This document shows, in pieces, positions 26,073 to 34,300 of a stretch of 56,690 nucleotides of DNA (positions are counted from its first letter, which is position 1; every line of letters starts with the position of its first letter). The stretch covers positions 1 through 56,690 of the forward strand of contig JAWVZQ010000001.1 in assembly GCA_033722095.1 (NCBI GenBank), given 5' to 3'. The notes beneath the pieces are model-generated. The model worked only from the letters and a program-made list of their open reading frames with translations. It was not told the DNA's origin and ran no database searches. The translations under genes and the position numbers were made by a program. This DNA is from Wenzhouxiangellaceae bacterium. GTDB lineage: Bacteria > Pseudomonadota > Gammaproteobacteria > Xanthomonadales > Wenzhouxiangellaceae.

Positions 26073-28379
26073 TCAGAGGGCGGGATCCTCGAAGTCGTCG
26101 GTAAACACCATGTCCGGAGAAATGCGCCCGATGACGAGAATGGCGTTGTCTTCCTTGGCCACCACGTAGACGTGTCGGTCGTCGCCGCTGGCGACGGCGT
26201 CGGTCGGGCCGGCCATGGTAAGAATTTCGCCCTGGTCATCGAACAGCGTCTGGCGCAGGCGCAACGAGCCGACCGGAAGGCCGTCTGCGTTGCCGGGCTG
26301 CATGCGCTCGAAGATCGACAGGCTGTGGTCGCCGAATCCGGCCACGAAGACGCCGAGTCCGTCGGGCGCCAGCGCCAGGCCCTGCACGCCCTGGAGGCCC
26401 GGCACGCCGCCGGCGACATCGTGGGTGACCACGGTCCGCTGGGTCAGCGTCCCGTCGCCGGCGCGATCGAACAGCACCACGGCGTTCTCGTCCTCGCTGG
26501 ATACGTAGAGGTGCTCACCGGCGTCGCTGATCTCGATGGCATAGGCGCCGTTCAGGGCCGTGATGCCGTCGATGCCGTCACGATAGGCTGTCTGGTAGCT
26601 GAGTGCGCCGAACGACGCCGAGGTGTCATCGGTATCGCGGCCGAACACCTGCACGGCGTCCCCGAACCGCGAAGCGACGTAGAGCTGGTCTCCGGCCGGC
26701 GAGAGCGCGAGCCCGGCCGGTCGGCCCATGGCCTCCACCGTTCCGCCTGCATCGTCGGGGTCGTCGACGTCGCTGAACTCGGCCTCGATGAACTGCAGCG
26801 CGCCCGATGATCCGTCGCGCTGGAATACCGCGACGGCATTGTCGTCGGCGCCGGCGGCGTAGAGATGGGCACCGTCCTCGCTGAGCAGCAGGCTGCGGAC
26901 GCCGGTCAGGCCGGCGTTCGGCTCGGCTGCGCCGGTGCTCGTCGCGCCCTGGGCCTGGTTCTGCAGGAAGGTCAACGAGCCGTCGCCGGGATTTCTCGAG
27001 AGCACGACGATGGCGTCCGAGCGCTCTGCCGCGACGTAGACGTGCAACCCGTCGGCGCTGATCGCGATGTCGATCGGACCTTCCATCAGGGCCGTCTCGA
27101 AGCCGGGGGAATTGATGTCGTAGACCGAGCGGAACGTCAGCCGCCCGCTCGAGGAGGCCCGGTCGAACCGCACCAGGGCATTCAGCGAGTCGCTGGCCAC
27201 GTAGGCGTGCGCGCCGTCCGGAGAAAGCGCCAGGGCCGTGGGGTCGGCCATGCCGACGACGCCGTCCTCGCCGTCGACGACGGCCTGCTCGGGGTTCGCT
27301 GCAGGCCGGAAGCGCGGATCGATGATCACGCCCAGCGCCTCGGTGTCGTCGAGCAGCAGATTGAACGGCGTGGCGAAACGCACCAGGAAGCTCTTCGGCG
27401 CGCTGGTCCCCGGCGACGGCAGCAGCGTGACGGGAATCTCCGCCGAGAGGTCGCCGGCGGCGATGGTCACCGTACCGCTTGCGTCCACGTAGTCGACGCC
27501 CGGCATCGCGTTCAGCGGTGCCAGGGACCAGTTCACGCGGGCCTCGAAGTCGCTGTTCTTCGACAAGCGCGGCTCGAAGCGCAGGATGGCCGTCTGCCCG
27601 TCGGGAGGCTCCAGCGCGGCCGCGTCGGAGGCCAGCAGCGTCGGGACGTCATCGTCGTCGATGATCGTCAGCTGCGCGGCGGGGCGCGACGGCACGCCGC
27701 CCAGGATTCCGTTGACGTCGAGCTGGGCGGTCTCGGTACCCTCGATGATGGTGTCGCCGCAGACGAGCACCGTGACGGTCCCGCTCTGCTGGCCCTGCGG
27801 AATCACGAGCGTGGCCGAATCGGAAACGTAGTCGACGCCCGGGCCGCATGAACCGGCCCCCACGGCCGTGCCATCGCTCAGCGACCAGAAGATCTCGACG
27901 TCGCGATCGGCGGTGGTGTTCATGTCGAACGTGAACGTGGCCGCCGTGGTGCCGGCGTTGCCCTCGAAGACCTCGACGTCGTTGAACGACACGGCAGGCC
28001 CGGTCCCGAGGTTCTGCGGATCGAGGTCGAGCCGGACGGCCCGGCCCTCGAGGCCGACCGTCGTCTCACCGGCCAGTTCGTCGGCGATGTAGACCACGAC
28101 CGGATCACCGGGGCGCGCCCGGCCCGGCGGACGCGGTTCGACCGAGTCCATCGGGATCCTGAGCGCGTACTGATCGCCGAGCCGCCCGCTGCTGCCCAGT
28201 TCGTAGCGCGCGATGACTTCCCCGGTGGCGAGCAGGCGGGCCTCGATGACCTGCCCGTCGGCAACCGGATTGCCGAACAGCGTGGCGTTGCCGTAGAGAA
28301 CGTGGTCCGGCGCGTCGATCCTGGCGTCGACGCCACCCGCGACCATGAAGCCCACCAGTGCCAGTGCGATTCGTTTCAT
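26073..28379 (-). CDS. Secreted protein: N-terminal beta-sandwich, two Calx-beta domains, lactonase-like beta-propeller, C-terminal VFTDDFE motif
   Basis: Signal peptide MKRIALALVGFMVAGGVDA; EGNAGTT..TF...DGTA...GVDY Calx-beta patterns twice; repeated SPDG.H.YVA....VF.R blades. Confidence 0.85.
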   Translation of the reverse strand: MKRIALALVGFMVAGGVDARIDAPDHVLYGNATLFGNPVADGQVIEARLLATGEVIARYELGSSGRLGDQYALRIPMDSVEPRPPGRARPGDPVVVYIADELAGETTVGLEGRAVRLDLDPQNLGTGPAVSFNDVEVFEGNAGTTAATFTFDMNTTADRDVEIFWSLSDGTAVGAGSCGPGVDYVSDSATLVIPQGQQSGTVTVLVCGDTIIEGTETAQLDVNGILGGVPSRPAAQLTIIDDDDVPTLLASDAAALEPPDGQTAILRFEPRLSKNSDFEARVNWSLAPLNAMPGVDYVDASGTVTIAAGDLSAEIPVTLLPSPGTSAPKSFLVRFATPFNLLLDDTEALGVIIDPRFRPAANPEQAVVDGEDGVVGMADPTALALSPDGAHAYVASDSLNALVRFDRASSSGRLTFRSVYDINSPGFETALMEGPIDIAISADGLHVYVAAERSDAIVVLSRNPGDGSLTFLQNQAQGATSTGAAEPNAGLTGVRSLLLSEDGAHLYAAGADDNAVAVFQRDGSSGALQFIEAEFSDVDDPDDAGGTVEAMGRPAGLALSPAGDQLYVASRFGDAVQVFGRDTDDTSASFGALSYQTAYRDGIDGITALNGAYAIEISDAGEHLYVSSEDENAVVLFDRAGDGTLTQRTVVTHDVAGGVPGLQGVQGLALAPDGLGVFVAGFGDHSLSIFERMQPGNADGLPVGSLRLRQTLFDDQGEILTMAGPTDAVASGDDRHVYVVAKEDNAILVIGRISPDMVFTDDFEDPAL

Positions 28380-28381
28380 GA

Positions 28382-31300
28382 TCACAGCCCCGAGTAAGCG
28401 TAGGTCTTGAAGAAGATCAGGATGTCGTCGACGCCCTGGCCGTCACGGCTGCTTCCGTCGGGAAGCAGCTCGCCGTGGATGAACGTGTCGAGCCCGTCGT
28501 TCGGATCGTTGAGGAACGTTCCGCCCGGGATGATCATCACCCACTTGGTGTTCCACACCGAGCGACCGATCAGGCGGCTGTCGGCCGTGACCTGGGTGTC
28601 GTCGAAGGGCTCGGTCAGATGGAAGGCGCGGAAGCGTCCATATCTACGGATCTCGGAAAGCGTGCCCGACAGGGTGTCGCCGGCAGGGAACCAGTCGAAG
28701 CGTTCCAGGTCCTCGCTGTTGAGCGGGAACGGCACCGGCATGACCTGCTCGACGACCTGCCATTCACGCGTCCGGAAGTCGAAGGCGTCGGGCGTGCGCA
28801 GCACGTCGTTGCCGACCGGGATCAGGTAGATCCTCGGGTCGTCGGCCAGCGGCAGGTTGGCGTAGTTGCCGAACCACGATCCGACCGAGCGCACGCGCGT
28901 GGAAAACTGGCTGGAGTCGTAGCTCGAGTCGCCCGGACCCAGTTCCCAGCCGAAGAAGTTCAACCCGAAGGTCACGTTGGTCGGGAACTCGATGACCAGA
29001 CCGGGCTGCGGACCGGCCGACTCGGGCGCGAACGGCCGTGCGAAGCGGCGGAAGTTGCCGTAGTTCCAGAGGTCGTCGACGCGCATTTCCTCGAGCTTGG
29101 CGCGCCATTCCGCATCGCCTTCCGGTCCGGGCGGAATCCGGAACAGTTCCTCGCGCAGCGAGAAGCGATTGGTTTCGACCTGCGGGTTGTTGAAGCCCAT
29201 CTGGCCCTTGAGCACGTCGAAGTTCAGCCTCAACTGGGCGAGCTTGCTGGCCAGTCCCGGCGAGCCGGGCTGCGGCAGGCCACCGATGACCTGGCCGAGG
29301 CTGCGCTCGCGGACGATGTCGGTCAGGAAGGCCTGGCCGGCCTGGTCGTCGGTACCGAGCAGGTTCGTGTCGTAGTCGTAGGCCGCCGCGGCCAGGTAGG
29401 CGTAGCGTGATGCCAGGTCGAAGGCGGCGCGGTACTTCTGCAACGCGTCATTGCGGAAGATGCGGAATGCCATGTCCTGGTACCGGTATTCCTGCACGGC
29501 TGCGGCACCGTTCTTGCGGAACGACTTCAATCGCTCCATCGTCCTCAGGCCGCGGGCCAGCGTCGCCTTGTAGTCGTTGACGTGCTGCTTGATGGCCTCG
29601 GCCTTGGCGAAGACCTCGGCGCGCAGGATCGGCTCCTCGCGCAGCATCTCGTCGATCTCGCCCTTGACGTTGAACAGGTTGAGTTCGGCGTCGTTGATGG
29701 CCGTGCGGATGCCCGAAGTCTGGGCGACGTCTTCCTTCGCCGCATCGGTGATGTTGGCGCCGATGTCGAGGCCGTCGGCCACCGAGTCGATGACGGCCTT
29801 GGCCACGCTGCCGCCCGTCTTGACGGCACAGCGCGCCGTCGAGGCGATGTCGCCGCCGGCGGCCAGGCCCGCGATCAGGCTCTTGGGCACGCACTCGACC
29901 GTGTCCTCGAAGGTGGTATCGATGATCTCGGCCGCGCGCCGCGCGACGATGGCGCTGTTCTTCATGACCTGGGTGGCGACCGTCAGGTCGCGCAGCTCGT
30001 TGCGCTGCTGGATCGTCACGTTCAGGTTGTCCTCCGCGGTCTGGAACGTGGCCTCGAGCTCATCGATCTTGGCCTCGATCTCCTGGCGCAGCCGGTCGTA
30101 CTGGACCAGGCTCTTGCGCAGCGCGATGCGCGCCTGCAGCATGCTCTGCAGCAGTTGCTGCAACTGCCCGGGCGCGCGTCGCTGTCCCGTCCACGACATC
30201 GGCTTGGTGAACCAGAAGCCCAGGTCGGGCGACTCGATCGTCGTGTAGGTGACGTTGAGCAGGTTGTCGCCGGTCCCGTCCTCGGTCGTCAGGTCGCCGA
30301 GTGCACAACCGGCCGAGAACGGCTCGGAGCTGCAGGACTGCCCGTTGTCCCCGGTATGGTCCTCGCCCTGCGCGATCGGCGTCCAGTCGAAGAAGTTGAT
30401 GCCGTTGGCCGTGGGCTTGTACTGGCCGTCGAAGCTGTTGACCTTGAACGCGGCTTCGCCGCCGGCCAGGTCCAGCCCGCCGTCGAAGTCGAAGGCGGTA
30501 CCGGCAAGCGTCGGCACGTCGATGAGCATGTAGTTGTAGAGATCCGCACCGTCGTAGCCGGCCGGGTAGGTGCCGGCCGGGCCGATGTCGTCGGAATACG
30601 GCGTGCCGAAGATCTCGATGAGCTGGTTCGCGAAGTCGGTTTCCTGGGCGCGCGAGGCACGCTGCAGGTCCTCGACCTCGTTCTGGTTGCGCCGCATCTG
30701 GTTGCTGAGCTGGTTGGCGAAGTCCCAGACCTGTACGGCGTTGTTCAGCGCGCTCTCGGCGCGATCCAGCACCTGCTCGGTATTGGTCTTGTTGAAGCGA
30801 TCGAGCTGGCTCGGATCCATGTCGAAGATCACGACGTTGTCGGCCAGTCCCAGCGGGTTCAGGCCCGCGTCGGCCTCGTCGACCTGCTCCTGGATGGCCG
30901 TGTACTGGGCACTGATCTCCTCGAGTTCGGTCACGGTGCCTCGCTCGACGCGCTCGATGCCCACGTGCGTGGGGTCGGGATCCTCGGAAGGCAGGATGGC
31001 ATTGACGGTGACCCAGTCGAAGTAGGCGCCCATGCCGGCACGCGCACCCCACTCGGACAGGCCCCAGGCGCGGTCCTCGTCGGTGTCCTCGTAGCCCTGG
31101 AACTGGCCGTTCGGATCGGCGACGTACTCGTTGCGATACGTCAGATCGACGATCTCGGCGCCGGTCCGTGCCTTGGCGGCCGCGGTCTCGGCGAACTGCC
31201 GCTCGTCGAGGAAGTCGACGTTGATCGGCGCGCCGGCCACGAGGATGGACTCGATGCGCGGGTTCCAGCTGTAGAACTCCTCGTTGAGCAGGTTGTAGTA

Positions 31301-34300
31301 GATGTCCACGGCGGTCAGGTAGTGGCCCCATGCGTCGCCGTGACCCTGCGGGTAGAGGATCCGGGCATCGAACTCGTCGATGACGCCGTCGAAGTTCTGG
31401 TCGGAGATGTTGTAGCTCTGCTGGTAGGCCACCTCGCCGTCGCCGGTCGTGAAGTTCCAGAACAGCCGGTTGTAGACCGGTGCGCCGGCCACGCCGCCGA
31501 GCGTGCGGTCACGGCCGCGCAGCAGCGTCAGTTCTTCCTCGAGCACCGTGGCCATCTGGTTCTGGAAGTTGAAGATCGTCGGTGCCAGCGAGAAGTCGCC
31601 GCCGCTGGTCGTGATGCCGATCGTCGGATCCTGGGCGTCGGCGAAGGCCTCGTTGCCGAGCAGCGTGTAGAAGTCGACGATGCGCGAGGCCACGAGCAGG
31701 ATGGCGTTGTTGGCGGGTCCGTAGTCGATCGGGGGCGTACCGCGGACCGAAAGTTCCAGCGCGCGCTTCATGACCGTCGAGTAGGCCTCGATGAGGCCCA
31801 GCTGGTTGATCACGTCCGGGTCGTTCGTCAGCGGAACCGGTCCTTCGAAGCGCTCGCCGAGCTGGACCAGCATGCTGGCGTAGTTGTTGGTCGCGGCCTG
31901 GGCGAAGTCCTGGACGCGAGCCTCGAACGGGTTCAGGCGCTTGATGACGCGCTTGACCCAGCCCTCGGCCAGCTGCGGCGAGGGATCGGCCGGAGTGGCC
32001 GTGGGATCGCCGGCGAACAGGCTCCAGTCGGTGCCGTTGCCGCAGGCCGGGAGGCCACGGTAGCGCGCGACGTACCAGTTGTCGGACAGGGTCTGGATGT
32101 TCGCGCCCTCGATGCTGATCTCGACGGCACCCTGCGGGCTCGGCGTCGGGAACTGGATCCAGCCGTTGAGCTGGCCCGTGGACGGATCGGGCAGCGGCAG
32201 CGGCGGGTTGCCGTCGACGTCGGGGTGGAAGAACCACTGGAATTCCAGGGCGTCCGGATTGCCGCCGAAGTCGCCGCTGTGGCGCAGGACGAGCTGCTCG
32301 TCGAAGATGTTGTCGGGTTCGATGACCTGGATCTGGCCCTGGTAGGTCTTGACGAGGACCGGGTCGTCGGGCGGCGGCGGCGCGACGAGGCAATCGATGC
32401 GGATGACCTGCAGGCTGACCGGCAGCGGGTTCAGGCTGGGATCGTTGTTGAATGCGATGGTCATGAAGCCATTGCCCTGCGACAGGCCGGCGGTGAGTGC
32501 CGGACGCACGCCGACGGCCTGGAACGGCTCGAGAATCCCGTCGTCGTTGCGGTCCTGCACCCCGATCAGCACGTCGTCGATCGTGACCGGGCGCGAGGCG
32601 TCACAGGTGCGGATGCGGTTCTCGCCGATCGAGGAGGACTCGCAGATCCGGTTGATGCCCTGCGGGTTGCGCGACTGGCGGAACAGGGCCTCGACGGCCT
32701 GGTCCCAGTCGCAACCGTCGGCGACCGTCTGGCAGGTCCCCGTGAAGGCGTTGGCGTTGCTGCCGTCACCGTCGTTGAGCTTCTTCAGTGCCACGCGATC
32801 GTTCTTCGACAGCACGTTGAGCAGCAGGAACGGCTCGCCGATGCCGGATTCGTCGAACACGCCGGTCAGGATCAGCCGCTGGTTCAGCGGGTCGTAGGCC
32901 AGCCGCTGGCGGACCGATGCCGGCAACTTGATGGTTCCGTCGGCCGACCCGAGGATCGCCTCCGTGCCGTCGGTCTGGAGTACGCTGGCGACCGTGCCGG
33001 GAATCTGTGCCAGCGCGACCGATCTCGGATTCAGCGGGTCGATGAGCTGGGCCAGCGTGTCGGACGGCAGCGGATCGTCCTGCGTGTCCTGGATCTCGTC
33101 GAACACGACCTCGACGGCTGCCTGGTTGAAGATGTCGGGCAGACCGCGCTTCGGCGTCAGCAGCGTCTCGCCGTTGACGAGCAGCGGCACGTCGCTGGGC
33201 CAGGTGATGTCGTAGCTGACGATGATGGGGTCCATCGTGGAACCCGACCCGCCCTCGGCCTCTGGCAGGCGCGCCAGCCAGGGCACGCAGGTGCCGGAGA
33301 CGATGTCGTTGACGTCGTTGTTGTCGAGGTCGACCTGCCAGCCGGGCTGGGCGGGATAGTAGTAGCGCACGTCGCCGCTTCCGGCGGACTTGGCCCAGAG
33401 CTGGTTCTTGTAGTCCTGGAAGAACGGCGGAGGCGGCTGCTCGCCCACGGCCTGGCCGACGACGAAGGTCTGGGCGCAGCCCGGCAGCAGGCTGACGGGG
33501 TACGGCGGCGCAACGGTGGTCCCGGCCGTGCCGCTGAAGCGGAAATCGGTGAAACCGCCGCCGGTGGCTTCCACGGAGAAGACACGGAACTTCCATTCGA
33601 GGACGTTCTCGTCGAAGTACTTGATGAGCACGTAGGGATCCGACGCCGCGCCGGCGTCGCCGGCCAGCGCCGCGCCGAAGTCCGAACGCAGTGCGAACAC
33701 GGCCTCGAACGGCGTGCCCGTGCTCGACGGCGCCATGAGCGCGTGTTCGTCGTTCGGGTTGTAGCCCGGCAGGTTCCGGTCGTTCTGGGTGTAGATCCGC
33801 GCCGACGGATAGACGAGCGGGTCGAGCGGCTCCTGGCCCAGGACCTCACCGCCCTGCTCGCTGGCGATGATGATGCGGTCCGGGTCCAGCGGCCAGAACG
33901 GCGCGTATCGGACGCCCTTCTCGGGCCAGTAGACGCCCTTCGACTTCGCGTGGTACCAGGCCACCACGAGTTCGCGGCCCTGGTCCTGCGAGCGCCCCGG
34001 GTTGATGCGGTTGACCGGGATGATCGCGCCCGTCCGCGCCGAGCGGCTGTAGGCGGCGTCGGGGCCGGCCCCGTCGTAGTAGGCCAGTTCGTTGGCCACG
34101 AAGCCGGTCCGCCCGAGTTCGTCGTGGTGCGGGTCGGTGATCTTCTGGCCGATCTCGACGGCCACATCGTCGGTGAACAGCGGGGTCGAGGTCGCCGGCA
34201 GCGTGCGGACGATCTCGACCTCGGTGCGGTACTGCAGCGGGTCGGGCTCGGGGCCGTTGACGTAGATCAGCGTGGCCGTGCCGCTGCGCGGCGCGGTGAA

